Shown: positions 28,148 to 39,180, counted from the stretch's first letter. The stretch: 64,000 nucleotides of DNA from Candidatus Ozemobacteraceae bacterium (GCA_965140445.1 OZ223236.1:2944001-3008000), one strand, 5' to 3'. Numbers and translations are program-made. Notes: generated by a model from the letters alone, not told the origin.

Positions 28148-28600
28148 ATGTTCATAATTATTATGCTGGTAAATGCCTCTGCATTTTATTTTATTCCGAA
28201 TATTCTGTCTGGTATTGAAACCAATAAAGATAAGTGGTTTGTGGGAGCCGGTATTGTTTATGGCGTCCTACAAACAATATTAACTGTATTTTTGTCCCCT
28301 ATGATTTTAGTGTGGCTTTCTGTGTTGCTAGCAAGTTTTGATCCGGGAATCATAATATTTATTTTCTTACCTGCGGCTGCTTTATTAGTGAGCTTTTCAA
28401 TGTCCTGTCTTTTTTTAACCCTACTTAATAAATCGAAGATTAACTTTACAATCAAGCCAATGCCGGTTTTGTTAAAAACAGCCTTGTTTCTTACGTTAGT
28501 TAGTATAGGGCAGTATTATCTGTATTTTTATTTGTGGAAAGCTTATTGCGCCAGCCAATCTGTGCCAAATTATGGCCCTCGCATTGAAAATTTTAAATAA
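28148..28600 (+). CDS. Membrane protein, possibly YvlD/phage-holin-4-like
   Basis: About 4 TM segments; LVNASAFYFIPNILSGI resembles that family. Confidence 0.5.
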   Translation: MFIIIMLVNASAFYFIPNILSGIETNKDKWFVGAGIVYGVLQTILTVFLSPMILVWLSVLLASFDPGIIIFIFLPAAALLVSFSMSCLFLTLLNKSKINFTIKPMPVLLKTALFLTLVSIGQYYLYFYLWKAYCASQSVPNYGPRIENFK

Positions 28601-29207
28601 ATAACAATCCGGCAACAATGTGCCAGATGTTTCTTATTGCGCTCAACCTAATGTGTAAAGGACTTATAAAAACTAGAGGAAACCTCGTAAGAATTTAGGC
28701 TTTTTGCTTTCTTAGGGTTTTAGTTCTCTGACTGAGAGTCTGAAAAAAAATTCTTAAAGGCTTCGGCAACATCATCTTTGGGCCATCCTGCCAAAATTAA
28801 CAAGAGCGTATATAGGCGCTATTATAATAAATAACCGCGATAATGAAATCTCTTACCCACAAACGCTTTTTTATAGGAATTACAGGAAAATCTTCTAAAT
28901 ACAATTCCCAATATCTATAAAAACCTAATATCAGTCCGCAGAAAACAGGAACGTTATAAAGAATATTCCAAGGTATTTCCAGATTCCCTTTTGTTCTGGT
29001 TTGGTGAAATTCGTTACCTGGTTGTTGAACATGTAGAATTTCATCATTAATAATAAAGCGGAGGGGATAAGCTTCTTTATATGGATTAGTATATGATTAA
29101 TTTAATACAAGTCTTTTCTAACTTTTCTGGTCAATTTTTTTTGTTACCAACCATAAATGTGTTACGTATTTATTAAAACATATCAATGAGAGAGGTTGTA
29201 CATTAAA

Positions 29208-30047
29208 ATGAAACTATCAATCAGAGGTTTACTGGTTATAGCATTCCTGAGTATTTTCTTTGGAACGATCCTGGATATATCTTTTGCTGATAACGTCAAC
29301 CAGGTGCAAATTAAGGAGAAGGCCATGAAAAACATCAAATTGAAAGACCTGAATGTGGTGGGTATCTATGTTGAAAATTTAGATGAGGCTCTGAAATTTT
29401 ATGTTGAGCTTTTGGGTATGAAAAAAATCAGAAAGCTGGGATCTGGTTGGCTGCTTCGTGCAGACGGACTAGTGAACGGTGATCTTTCAATTTATATTGA
29501 AGGTGGTCGAAAAAGAACTAATCCCAATACTGATCCTTTAACTGAAAGCGGTTTAACTCTTTGCTTTTCAACCGTAGAAGGAATCAAGAATACATATGAA
29601 AAACTTAAGGCAGCCAATGTAAAAATGGTTGGAGAATATCAGGACTATGGTGAAGAATATCATATGTTTTCCTGTGTTGATCCAAGTGGCAATATTATTG
29701 AGTTTTCCGGGAATGGCAATCCAGTCGAGAATAAGAGCTCTGATGCCAAAAATCCTCCCAAACCTCGTTTTGTAATTTTCCATTCCCCTGGTAAAAACTG
29801 GCCAGAGAAAGGCCTTAGCCTTGATCATCCAATTGTTAAAGAACACGCCGGATACTTTGCAGAATTGAAAAAGCAGGGCCTCATTGAAAGAGGCGGTCCT
29901 TTCCCTGGTAAGGCTGGTGGCATGATGATTTTCCGTCCTGGCTTAGAAGAGGAACAAATTGAGAAAATCGCCAAAAAAGACCCAGGAGTTGTAAAAGGAA
30001 TTTTGCAATTTCAGCTTAAGCCCTGGATTGATATATTTGGGGAATAG
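29208..30047 (+). CDS. VOC/glyoxalase fused to a YCII-like domain
   Basis: VENLDEALKFYVELLG...DPSGNIIE; C-terminal H.GY...GGPF...GGMMI...DP. Confidence 0.8.
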   Translation: MKLSIRGLLVIAFLSIFFGTILDISFADNVNQVQIKEKAMKNIKLKDLNVVGIYVENLDEALKFYVELLGMKKIRKLGSGWLLRADGLVNGDLSIYIEGGRKRTNPNTDPLTESGLTLCFSTVEGIKNTYEKLKAANVKMVGEYQDYGEEYHMFSCVDPSGNIIEFSGNGNPVENKSSDAKNPPKPRFVIFHSPGKNWPEKGLSLDHPIVKEHAGYFAELKKQGLIERGGPFPGKAGGMMIFRPGLEEEQIEKIAKKDPGVVKGILQFQLKPWIDIFGE

Positions 30048-30191
30048 CAGCTTAATTTATAACCAAAAAACAGGAAACTTGAGAATCATGTTAACTTGAT
30101 TTTGTCCATGCCTTAAGTTGGGTTGCTTTACTTTCCTTATTGTATTTTGAAGTTTCAGCATTGTATTTTTGGGTAACTTTGATTTTACTGG

Positions 30192-30230
30192 AATGAAAAG
30201 GGACCGTCAAAAAGACGATCCCTTTTCATT
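30192..30230. terminator. Terminator between convergent genes
   Basis: AATGAAAAGGGA.CGTC/GACG.TCCCTTTTCATT. Confidence 0.75.
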
Positions 30231-30252
30231 GTAATCTTTATCTTAATTACAT

Positions 30253-33030
30253 TTATTTTTTAACACCAAAAGTAAAAAAACGACCATCGATAGGATTATT
30301 TACATATTTGGTCGTTATGCAAAATAATTCGCCTGATGCATCGATGCTGCCGTAATTCGATTCAGGAGCAACAGGAATAGATATTATACCTGAATTAACA
30401 GTGTAATTTTCTGTATACATACCAAATAAGTTTGTGCTTTCGGTTTTTACGTCAAGCCCTGTGAAACTACTACCATCAGAACTGACAAAAGAGCTTGCAG
30501 AGTAAGAACTATAGCTGCCGTTATACACCCCTGCATTTATTGCCACACGAAGATAGTTGCCATTAAAGGAGCCACTACCTTCTCTAATACCGATTGTCAT
30601 ATCACAATAATTGCCCTGAACATAAGCTATACGCACAAACACGTTTCCGTCCGCTGAAACCTGAGTGAATGAATTTGTCTCAGAGCCAGCTATTGTAACT
30701 GTTCCGTCTGACGAAATGGAGTAATTACCATTGCTCAGGCTACTATCGTATTCTGAATAAGGGTCAAAGAGTGATTGCCTGGTAAAATTTCCATTGCTGA
30801 AGGTCATCGTGTAAGCTTGAGTTGTAGCTCTTAACGGTGTAAAAGCGGCATCTATATCATCAGAGCATTCATAAACTCTGTAAGTTCCGTTTAGAGTTGT
30901 GGTATTAGCAGACGTTGCCTTTTTTATAAACAAGCCCACATAAGGATCTTGACTCTGCCAATTATGTATAATGGCATAATTGCCTGATGGAGAAACCAGT
31001 CCGCGTTTTGTAGTGCTTCCATTAATGGAAAGTTCGCCATCAGTTTCTATTATTGTATTTGTGAACTGTTCTCCGGTAGAAGGAACTTTTTCGATGCCAG
31101 TGGCTTGATCGCCTGAAACCGAAACTTCTTCCATGGAACACCAGCGCATTTCATTTCCGGTGCCGGCGCTGAAAGAGAATAGACGGTAATCACCGACTAA
31201 ACGCTTCTTGTATGCTACTGGTGTTGAAGAATCCAGAACTTCCCAGGAATAGGTGAGAGTGTTTTGTCCAAAGTTATTATCCTGTTGCATGCCTTTAACG
31301 ATTAAACTGTGCTGACCAACAGAAAGATTGCTAAGATTCAGGGCAACACCAATTGACAACAAATCACTCCAGGTTCCGCCATCCAATTGATAGGCGAAAC
31401 TGACATAACCGGCACCTGCCGCAAGAAAGGTCGCTGAAGTTGAATTTGTTTCTTTATCGGGGTTGTTAAGCAAAATGGGAGCAGGAGCTGCTTCATTTGC
31501 CCTATAGCGAGAAATTGCTGAAACAACGTCAGATTCAGGAGAAATACCAGATTCATTCTCTGCTACAAGAATATAAGAATAGGTTTGCCCCCCTTGAAGA
31601 CTATTATGCTTAAAAGGGCTGGTGACGCCGGCGAGTTTAAATCCGGAGAAAGTGTTTACTGAGTTCAGACCAAAATAAAGTGTATAGCTTTTAGCTCCAG
31701 CAACAGGTTCCCATTCAAGAATAACTTCATACTCTCCGGAAGTGGCTTTTAATCCAGTCGGTTTTCCAGGGGCTGTTGCAGGAGTCGCATTTACAACGGC
31801 AGATTCTGCAGACTCTCCTAATGAATTTGCAGCAGTAATTATATAGTAATATGTTTCACCATTTATCAGACCCTGATGAATATATGGTGGGATAATATTT
31901 TCAATTTTTGTGCCATTAACCTTGCTTATATCTGGTTGTTTGCCATAGTAAATATTGTATTCTGAAACACCAGGAGTCTGAATCCATGAAATGCTGACAG
32001 AGCCGCTTGCAGCTGAGGCAAACACCCCGGTAGGAGCTGCTGGAATTGAAGTTGCCTGTTGTCCGGTTATCTCGACCTCAGAAGAAGCCGGAGACTCACC
32101 CATTGCAGATACAGCTGTAATTACAAAATAATATTTATTACCTAAAACTGGTGGTGTAAATCTAAATGGAGATGTCACTCCACGAATACGCGTAGCCGTA
32201 GTGGTTATAAAGCCTGCTTTATCACTCCAGTAGATGTTGTAGCCGACAGCACCCTGAACGGCTTGCCATTGCAGCTGAATAGACCCGTCAGCGCTTATTC
32301 CGATGACCCCTGATGGTGCTGCAATCTGGTTTGTTTGTCCGGGAGGTAAAGGTGTAAGTATTGCTGTGGAACTAGCCGGAACCGACTTAACCATATCTAT
32401 CAGTGTTGATTCTCCAATGTTACTTAGAATCATTGTCATTACATCTTTATCGTTCGCGCTTAAGTCGTTAGCCAACCAGTTGTTTATAGCTGTGGCAACT
32501 GCTTCAAGGTTAACTTCTCCGCTTATTACAGAAGCCTCAACCTGCTTTGAATTAATACTGTAACTACTTTTTTCAACAAGCAGTGATACTGCCGTAGTAT
32601 CAACATTTACAGGAATGTTGCTCTCGTTAACATTTAGCTGATCAATATGGCTTTGAAGTAAGCAATGTCCACTCATAAAGATCTTGACCCTGTAATTTTC
32701 ACCTGGTGGTATCTGCGTCAGAACAAAAGTTCCTGAAGCTTTATCGACCGGTACAGGGCCGGCAATCATTTTGTCAGATTTGTCATAGAGGTATGCGTTT
32801 AAACTGTCTAATGCCAGGTTGGCTTTTACCATAGATCCAGGAACTTCAGAAGAAACTCGAATTGAGTTGCTGAGCAAAGATGAAGGTATGCTTACTTTGC
32901 CGGCAACTGAATAAGTTACGGGTGCAGAAACATCGGCATTATCATTGTCAAATCCGCCAAGAATTCGACAACCGGGTAAGCTAAATATTATAAAAACAAG
33001 AATGCTTAAGCATATAAACTTTTTTAACAT
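30253..33030 (-). CDS. Large lipoprotein with three fibronectin type III repeats
   Basis: Lipobox LPGC; three W..V.GA..YNIY...Y.YVITA.N..GES repeats; start moved to ATG 33030. Confidence 0.85.
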   Translation of the reverse strand: MLKKFICLSILVFIIFSLPGCRILGGFDNDNADVSAPVTYSVAGKVSIPSSLLSNSIRVSSEVPGSMVKANLALDSLNAYLYDKSDKMIAGPVPVDKASGTFVLTQIPPGENYRVKIFMSGHCLLQSHIDQLNVNESNIPVNVDTTAVSLLVEKSSYSINSKQVEASVISGEVNLEAVATAINNWLANDLSANDKDVMTMILSNIGESTLIDMVKSVPASSTAILTPLPPGQTNQIAAPSGVIGISADGSIQLQWQAVQGAVGYNIYWSDKAGFITTTATRIRGVTSPFRFTPPVLGNKYYFVITAVSAMGESPASSEVEITGQQATSIPAAPTGVFASAASGSVSISWIQTPGVSEYNIYYGKQPDISKVNGTKIENIIPPYIHQGLINGETYYYIITAANSLGESAESAVVNATPATAPGKPTGLKATSGEYEVILEWEPVAGAKSYTLYFGLNSVNTFSGFKLAGVTSPFKHNSLQGGQTYSYILVAENESGISPESDVVSAISRYRANEAAPAPILLNNPDKETNSTSATFLAAGAGYVSFAYQLDGGTWSDLLSIGVALNLSNLSVGQHSLIVKGMQQDNNFGQNTLTYSWEVLDSSTPVAYKKRLVGDYRLFSFSAGTGNEMRWCSMEEVSVSGDQATGIEKVPSTGEQFTNTIIETDGELSINGSTTKRGLVSPSGNYAIIHNWQSQDPYVGLFIKKATSANTTTLNGTYRVYECSDDIDAAFTPLRATTQAYTMTFSNGNFTRQSLFDPYSEYDSSLSNGNYSISSDGTVTIAGSETNSFTQVSADGNVFVRIAYVQGNYCDMTIGIREGSGSFNGNYLRVAINAGVYNGSYSSYSASSFVSSDGSSFTGLDVKTESTNLFGMYTENYTVNSGIISIPVAPESNYGSIDASGELFCITTKYVNNPIDGRFFTFGVKK

Positions 33031-33049
33031 TATATTTTCCTTTACCATT

Positions 33050-35668
33050 TCAATATGTATGTGTCCCAGATTCTGTGCCATCTTCGGAATACCAATGCCA
33101 GGTTCCTGTTGTTTTTCCATCTATGAATTGGCCTTTATGGGAGATATTGCCATTTTCAAAGAACCATGTGACGGGTCCGGTTAAAAAATCATCCTTAAAA
33201 GTATGTTTATGCCATACATTTCCATTTTGATAATAATTCGTACAAAGTCCGTTTTTTTTACCATTTTCAAAATTAGTGGTTGTATGGATATTGCCGTTTT
33301 CATAATATTCCGTCATAAGTCCATCAAATAAGCCATCTTTATAATTTCTTTCACTTTGCAACTTTCCATCGGGGTAATAGACAAAAGATTTATAAGAGTC
33401 AGTAGCGGTAAAATCTTTGTTTACTATTCTTTTTGCGCCGTCATCATAATACTCAGTATTAATTATTGGCATTATTTCACCAGAAGAGTTTCTAAAAGAT
33501 TCCCCATCACTGTATAATGTGCCATTATCTCTCCACTGAGACCATTTTCCGAAGATATTCCCTTGTGAATCATGGCTACCTTCTCTACGTTTTTGTGTTT
33601 CTTCCTGATCCCAATACTCTGTGAATTTTGTTGTTACGCGCGCTTTAACGGTTACAGTTTCTTTTGCAAATCCAGGAGCCTGATATTCTATATCAAAGGT
33701 AAAATCCTGATCATCCAGTTCGTCGCAAAGAAATATAAAATAAAGATTTGATGGGTTTTCTTGATGTGGTGTATATGCTAGGAAATAATCCAGTCTTACT
33801 TTTGGGTTAGAAATACTCTTTGCAATTGATTCCTTTGTACTGGTTATTATACTTGGGTGAATCAAATAATCTTCGGTGGTGATTGAAGAAGTCAGAGTGT
33901 TGAGATTAGGCAGATTCAAAGAGAAATTAGACGAGCCTGCGCTGTTTTGATTGATTGCGGTTTCGAGTTGTTTCAAGCTTGTGTTTAATTCTTTAAATCG
34001 AATGAGATTTTCATTTCCGTTCAGGAAATCAGTTGCCTTAAGGGTTCGATACTTTGCCAGGAACTGAATGCCCCCCTCAAGCCAATAGGTATTAGCCTGA
34101 AAAAGAATTGGCTCAGACGTAGAATTTTCTGCTCTCAACGCATATCTCACATTTCCTCTTACTCCAGACCCAGCCATTTTGGTTTTTTGAAAAATGACTG
34201 TATCTTTAGCCGGTGCATAGATTTTTTTCCTTAAAACCCCGGTTGCCTTTCCCCATAGCTCTTCTACAATATTTTTAGACGCAGCCTTTTTTCTACTTTC
34301 AATAATTTTTTTTATCCAGTCTTTGACGAATTGACTCGCTTTTACTTCTGCCTTTGAGATTCCAACAGATTTTAGAACATCGACTTTAGTGATTCCATTT
34401 TCCGTATATGCTCTAAGTTTTACAAAACTTCTATTCCCTGTTCCACAATCCGGGCCGAGATACGAATTAGGTCCAAACATAACAACGCCCTCTTCAATAA
34501 CATCTGCTCTTACACTCATTCCATTAAAACTAAATCTACCAGCTGATCTACGTATAGAAGCAGATGACAAAGAGAACCCTGAGAAGAATTCCTGATTTGC
34601 GGCCATAAACTGAGCGGCAATTTGTTTTTCTTCGGGAGTAAGTTTTGCAAAATCCTCGCGAAGCTTCTGGTTCTCTGCCTGTAATTCTGCGAGATCAGAG
34701 CTGGCTTCCAATCCTGCCAATTCATCATCGAAAACTTTGAGGGTATCTTCAATAAAAGTATCTGGATTTTGCTGCCCTTCGTAAGCAGAAATATAAAGTC
34801 GATTCAAACTGCTCCAGCCATCTACGGTTAAACTGACAGTATGCCAGCCAGATGCCAGACTGGGAACAGGGCAAGTAAGTTTGCCGTTTTTGTTGGAAAA
34901 AACAACTGATGTTTCTTCAATAAAACCTTCATAAGAAGTTCTTGATGGTGTAAATCCATTTGCAACAATTTCTATCTGCTGCATTGGCTTCAGATTATCA
35001 TTAACCAGAGTCAGACCCTTTTCGCCAAGTATTTTTTCGAACTCTACCCAGGCATCTTCATAAATCGTAGGGGAGTCGGAAGCAAGTTTGGCAACAACTT
35101 CTTCAATCAAAGAGATTTTGGGAAGTGCTCCAAAGTTAGCCTTTGATGAATCTTCAGCTAATCTAGCCAGCAGCGATCCTACCAGATCAGTTTTGGAACG
35201 GCTTCCTTTTGGTGCATAATTGATAACATTCTGTTTATAAAGTTGAATGTCTATAGCCCCATGAAGATTATGAGATTCCATTACAAACAGGTTGTCAAAA
35301 TCTAATTGGGCATAAGCAAGAACACCAGTAACGTTGTGAAACTCAATTTCATTCGTAGCTGTATTAATAAGATTAAATGTTTTATTTAATATTAAGATGT
35401 TTGGTGAGCTTTGTGGATTGAAAACAATAAGTTTCACAAAACAGTTTGAAGCCTGAATGCCATCTGCCAGCAATGACTGCGACTTTAAATCCAAACTTGG
35501 GAGTATCAGTCGAATTGACGTTGAAACTTCTCCGGGAATACTGTTATCAGTAGTCAGTGATCCAACCGGATTTGATCCACCTCCACCACCAGAGCATCCA
35601 ATAATTTCAAACAGACAAAACAAAATAATAAAGAGATGCATAAAAGAAACTTTTAACTTACTAAACAT
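33050..35668 (-). CDS. Large lipoprotein with C-terminal MORN2/YwqK-like repeats
   Basis: Lipobox IIGC-SGGGGG; YYPDGKL, YYENGNI, YYQNGNV, FFENGNI repeats. Confidence 0.82.
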   Translation of the reverse strand: MFSKLKVSFMHLFIILFCLFEIIGCSGGGGGSNPVGSLTTDNSIPGEVSTSIRLILPSLDLKSQSLLADGIQASNCFVKLIVFNPQSSPNILILNKTFNLINTATNEIEFHNVTGVLAYAQLDFDNLFVMESHNLHGAIDIQLYKQNVINYAPKGSRSKTDLVGSLLARLAEDSSKANFGALPKISLIEEVVAKLASDSPTIYEDAWVEFEKILGEKGLTLVNDNLKPMQQIEIVANGFTPSRTSYEGFIEETSVVFSNKNGKLTCPVPSLASGWHTVSLTVDGWSSLNRLYISAYEGQQNPDTFIEDTLKVFDDELAGLEASSDLAELQAENQKLREDFAKLTPEEKQIAAQFMAANQEFFSGFSLSSASIRRSAGRFSFNGMSVRADVIEEGVVMFGPNSYLGPDCGTGNRSFVKLRAYTENGITKVDVLKSVGISKAEVKASQFVKDWIKKIIESRKKAASKNIVEELWGKATGVLRKKIYAPAKDTVIFQKTKMAGSGVRGNVRYALRAENSTSEPILFQANTYWLEGGIQFLAKYRTLKATDFLNGNENLIRFKELNTSLKQLETAINQNSAGSSNFSLNLPNLNTLTSSITTEDYLIHPSIITSTKESIAKSISNPKVRLDYFLAYTPHQENPSNLYFIFLCDELDDQDFTFDIEYQAPGFAKETVTVKARVTTKFTEYWDQEETQKRREGSHDSQGNIFGKWSQWRDNGTLYSDGESFRNSSGEIMPIINTEYYDDGAKRIVNKDFTATDSYKSFVYYPDGKLQSERNYKDGLFDGLMTEYYENGNIHTTTNFENGKKNGLCTNYYQNGNVWHKHTFKDDFLTGPVTWFFENGNISHKGQFIDGKTTGTWHWYSEDGTESGTHTY

Positions 35669-36062
35669 TTTCACCCTCACTGGCAGCTTTTTTTAACACA
35701 GATTTTATTTTTCCCAAGTATTCTTCCATTCAGAATTCTATGGCCGGATAGTAAAACACTAAAGGAACTTTTTGTCTGTCCGGGAAAATACGTACAAAAT
35801 TATTTTCCTTATTTTTATGCCCAAAATGGTGTGGTTTTCACCTTAGAAATGTATCTGGTGAATTTAAAATTCCTGCACTTATACTGAATAGTGTGTAAAA
35901 GACTTATTTTTTCCGCTGTAACTTGGAACCTTATTGAAGAGTTGGAAGTAAGGTTTTTAGTGTTGATAAAAGTTCTAAATTTGTAAATAGGCGTTCAAAA
36001 TGCTCTATAGCAAAAAAACTCAGATGTTGCTAAAATATAGAAAATAATTGGTCGGTGGAGCA

Positions 36063-36275
36063 ATGTTAAAAGAATTTACAGCTATTGTTAAAAATGAGGA
36101 TAAATGGTGGTTTGGATGGATAGAAGAGGTTCCTGGTGTAAATTGCCAAGAAGAAACCAAGGAACAGTTAATTAAAAGTCTTCAGCAGACTCTGAGGGAA
36201 GCTCTGGCCTTTAATCGGCAAGATGCAATAGAAGCTGCTGGAGAAAAGTTTTCAGAAGAAAAGATCGCAATTTAA
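36063..36275 (+). CDS. HicB-family antitoxin (short form)
   Basis: FTAIVKNEDKWWFGWIEEVPGVNCQEETKEQL. Confidence 0.85.
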   Translation: MLKEFTAIVKNEDKWWFGWIEEVPGVNCQEETKEQLIKSLQQTLREALAFNRQDAIEAAGEKFSEEKIAI

Positions 36276-36276
36276 A

Positions 36277-36336
36277 ATGAAGCGTGATCAATTGCTAAGC
36301 ACTCTAGTGAAGCTTCAAATTGTTTCCATTTATTGA
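36277..36336 (+). pseudogene. Possible HicA toxin N-terminal stub
   Basis: MKRDQLL... begins 1 nt after the hicB stop and ends after 19 codons. Confidence 0.45.
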
Positions 36337-36384
36337 AGCATTAAAACTTTATTGGATTAACTTTTAACCCTTTATAGGAATCAA

Positions 36385-37119
36385 ATGAAATTAAAAAACA
36401 AAATTTTAAGTGTTCTGTGTTTTATCTTTATGTCTTTCGTTCTTTGCGGGTATAGGCCGCAATGGGAAGCTCTTATAGCGAAGAGATGCGCAGAAGAAAT
36501 GATCGTTGCTACCCATGCATTAGAACGTCTGGAGAAAGGGGGAACTTTAGTTCGGGGCGAAGGTGAGAGCATTAATGAATATTCATTGGTTGAGAAAGGT
36601 GGATTGACAACAATTCCAATCTGTCCAGCTGGATTGGAAAACAAGCCAGAGCCGTTGCCCTACAAAGTTAAAAAAAATGAATCTGGAGAAATCATTGTTT
36701 ATTGTGAAATCCATGGTTCCAGAGAGAGAATAATTGTACAACCAGAAGATTCTAAATACATTGATCTCATTAACGCCGCAAAAATAACTCAGAGCAATAG
36801 AAGTCAGCTGGCATTTATTATTGTGGGGTTTTTAATCTGGGTTGGACCTGTTTTAACTTTTCTAGCTCTGGCAAAAATAATTGGGAAAAAGAAAATCGCC
36901 CCCATTTATTCCTTCTGCCGAAAAGCTTATTTGTTGCCAAATTACGCGATGGTTGTCATTTCAATTCCTGGCACTTTTGCAGCGCCGACACCCCCTGCTC
37001 AGCAATTGGTAACAATAGTCGGTGTCATTTCGTTGACAGCTATAATAGCTGGTTCGGTTATTTTTCCTGCCATTGAATCATGGCTAAATGAAAAACCTCA
37101 GTCCATGTCTGAGGAATAA
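36385..37119 (+). CDS. Membrane protein with pilin-like CPxG...CxxHG extracytoplasmic motif
   Basis: Signal sequence, PICPAG...VYCEIHGS, three C-terminal TMs. Confidence 0.6.
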   Translation: MKLKNKILSVLCFIFMSFVLCGYRPQWEALIAKRCAEEMIVATHALERLEKGGTLVRGEGESINEYSLVEKGGLTTIPICPAGLENKPEPLPYKVKKNESGEIIVYCEIHGSRERIIVQPEDSKYIDLINAAKITQSNRSQLAFIIVGFLIWVGPVLTFLALAKIIGKKKIAPIYSFCRKAYLLPNYAMVVISIPGTFAAPTPPAQQLVTIVGVISLTAIIAGSVIFPAIESWLNEKPQSMSEE

Positions 37120-37248
37120 ACCTTTTCTTTAAAGTCAGGCTAGTCAGCTCTAAAACTAAGTTACAATATGCTCAAAAGGCTGAAGTAAAATATTCTAAAT
37201 CAATCATGCATCAGAAAAATGGAATATTTAACTAAAAGGAAACTTAAA

Positions 37249-37611
37249 CTATTCTCCAATTAAAAACATTAAAAATGTTATAAAAACTGGCAGCAAAAGT
37301 AGAAACCAACCCCCAAAAGCGACCATAGAAGCAGGTGAAGCGGCGGTGATTTTGTGACCACTCATGAAACCAGTAAATGCTCCCATCGCCTCACTGAACC
37401 AGATGCATGCAAGCGGGAGCAAAAGGGATGCGGCTACCTGCAAAGTTGCTTTTCCACCTAGCCAAACACCAGAAATAATAATATACACAATTGCGATAAG
37501 AGCAGACAAAACTCTGCTGATTATTTGCGGATCTTTGAGTAAATTGCCAAGGAGGGGTTCTTTTTCATTTTCAAGATTATTTTTATTTATACTTTTCATA
37601 GTTTTGTACAA
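37249..37611 (-). CDS. Small membrane protein
   Basis: Three hydrophobic segments, LPLACIWF...GW.LLLLP. Confidence 0.65.
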   Translation of the reverse strand: MYKTMKSINKNNLENEKEPLLGNLLKDPQIISRVLSALIAIVYIIISGVWLGGKATLQVAASLLLPLACIWFSEAMGAFTGFMSGHKITAASPASMVAFGGWFLLLLPVFITFLMFLIGE

Positions 37612-37898
37612 TTGCTCTTGTAAAGGCAGGCTAAGAGATTATGGACTGCCCAAGTCCCTGTCTATGTTATCTGAAGAAGGCATCATTTATTTGAATTGGA
37701 GATTTTAACTCGTTAATATTAGCATAAAGAAGTAGATTTGCTAAAAAAACTTAGGCAAGTTGGTGTATTGGCTTCAGCATATATTAAAAAATTCTCAGCA
37801 ATGTGAAATGAGCCCTACGGTCCAATAACTATTGTCTCTATGAATCCCTAATGCTAGATTAATGGTAAATGAAGTAAATTTTTCACTTAGAGAGTTGA

Positions 37899-38546
37899 AT
37901 GGAAAAAGAAATAGCTAATCCTGAAAACATTAAAAACAAAGACTTCGACCTCATACTAAAAGGGAAGGTAAAATTTGACCCAAGGACTCCCTTTGAAAAT
38001 CTCTTTAGAACTGGCATTTGGCTATGCCCTTTTCTTGGTCTTATGAGTGTCTTTGCCTATGTGGCAACCAAAATTAGCCTGTTCATACCATTGGTTTTTC
38101 TAGGATTCTTTGGAATGATCCCTTGCTTGATTTTGTATTTCCTCACAGACAATTACTACATTCTTGACTGTGATCGTCAGCAGCTAATGTATAGGTTCAA
38201 ATTTCTTTTTTATGAGAAGATTTATACCTATGCCTTATTTAAAGATATTCACGCTGTTACCATAAAATCGACTGTTAAAAGAAGCTCAAGTTCTAAAACT
38301 GTTGGTGCACCAGGCGCAAAAAGCAGAAAATTTTGGAAATACCAGATTCTTATAGCTTTATCTTCTGGAAAAGTATTACCTATAACCAACCTGGAGCAAG
38401 CAATTTTCATTAAGGAAGAAAAACAGGCAAAAAAAATAGCTCAGACAACTAAGGCAAAGTATGTGCAAGGGTTTGATACAAGACCATCTAATCCTCACAT
38501 AATAAAAGGAAATGATGGAAAATATTCCTTCCAGCATGGCCCATAA
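37899..38546 (+). CDS. Hypothetical 2-TM membrane protein
   Basis: 215-aa ORF with SD, two TMs followed by a beta-rich domain. Confidence 0.65.
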   Translation: MEKEIANPENIKNKDFDLILKGKVKFDPRTPFENLFRTGIWLCPFLGLMSVFAYVATKISLFIPLVFLGFFGMIPCLILYFLTDNYYILDCDRQQLMYRFKFLFYEKIYTYALFKDIHAVTIKSTVKRSSSSKTVGAPGAKSRKFWKYQILIALSSGKVLPITNLEQAIFIKEEKQAKKIAQTTKAKYVQGFDTRPSNPHIIKGNDGKYSFQHGP

Positions 38547-38640
38547 AACTTTCTTTTAGGTCTAAGCTTCGCAAGAAGTGACGCTATTTTTAATTTTGTT
38601 GTGATAGATAACATTCCGGTGGCATAAAATTGGAGGCCTA

Positions 38641-39180
38641 ATGATGAGATCAATATTGTTAATTTTCGTTTTATTAGTTTGTATTCCTTTTTCTATTTTT
38701 GCAGCAGAAATTGTTCTCAAAGATATTAATTATCAATCTTCCTCTATTATTGATCCCTTTAACCGCTCCCCCAAAGAAAGCTTCCCAAATGGTAACGAAA
38801 CCTATTTCAAGTATGATATAGAAATAAACTCTATCGATGACTTTTTGGCTTTCTTAAAAGATCATCAAGATTTTGGAATTCTGCATCCAGATTACGATTC
38901 TCCTGTTAAATTTAACTATCCAACCAAAGAAAAGTTGCTACCTGGATATATTTTTCATAACTCTAAAAAATTTCCAGACATAAAGCTTGAGCTTGATAAC
39001 TACAAAGGAAAAATTAAAACTTTGAAAGTCACGGATTCTAGTCATCAGAACAAATTGTTATATGTCTTGGAAATCAATCGTTCTGACTTCAAGGAGAAAG
39101 TTAATATTGAAAATTGGAACATAAGAATCCAGATGAGCAATAATGGAAATCTTTCTTATACCTTCATCATGGGTAAATAG
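38641..39180 (+). CDS. Exported hypothetical protein
   Basis: GGAGG SD, signal peptide ending SIFA. Confidence 0.7.
   Translation: MMRSILLIFVLLVCIPFSIFAAEIVLKDINYQSSSIIDPFNRSPKESFPNGNETYFKYDIEINSIDDFLAFLKDHQDFGILHPDYDSPVKFNYPTKEKLLPGYIFHNSKKFPDIKLELDNYKGKIKTLKVTDSSHQNKLLYVLEINRSDFKEKVNIENWNIRIQMSNNGNLSYTFIMGK

Noticed and set aside
27850..29050. Broken minus-strand reading frames around 27850-28080 and 28700-29045
   Set aside because: Stops and frameshifts with no recognisable family; cannot support a pseudogene call
33031..33120. Apparent long overlap of the two lipoprotein ORFs
   Set aside because: True start is ATG 33030 (SD and lipoprotein signal); the overlap is an ORF-calling artefact
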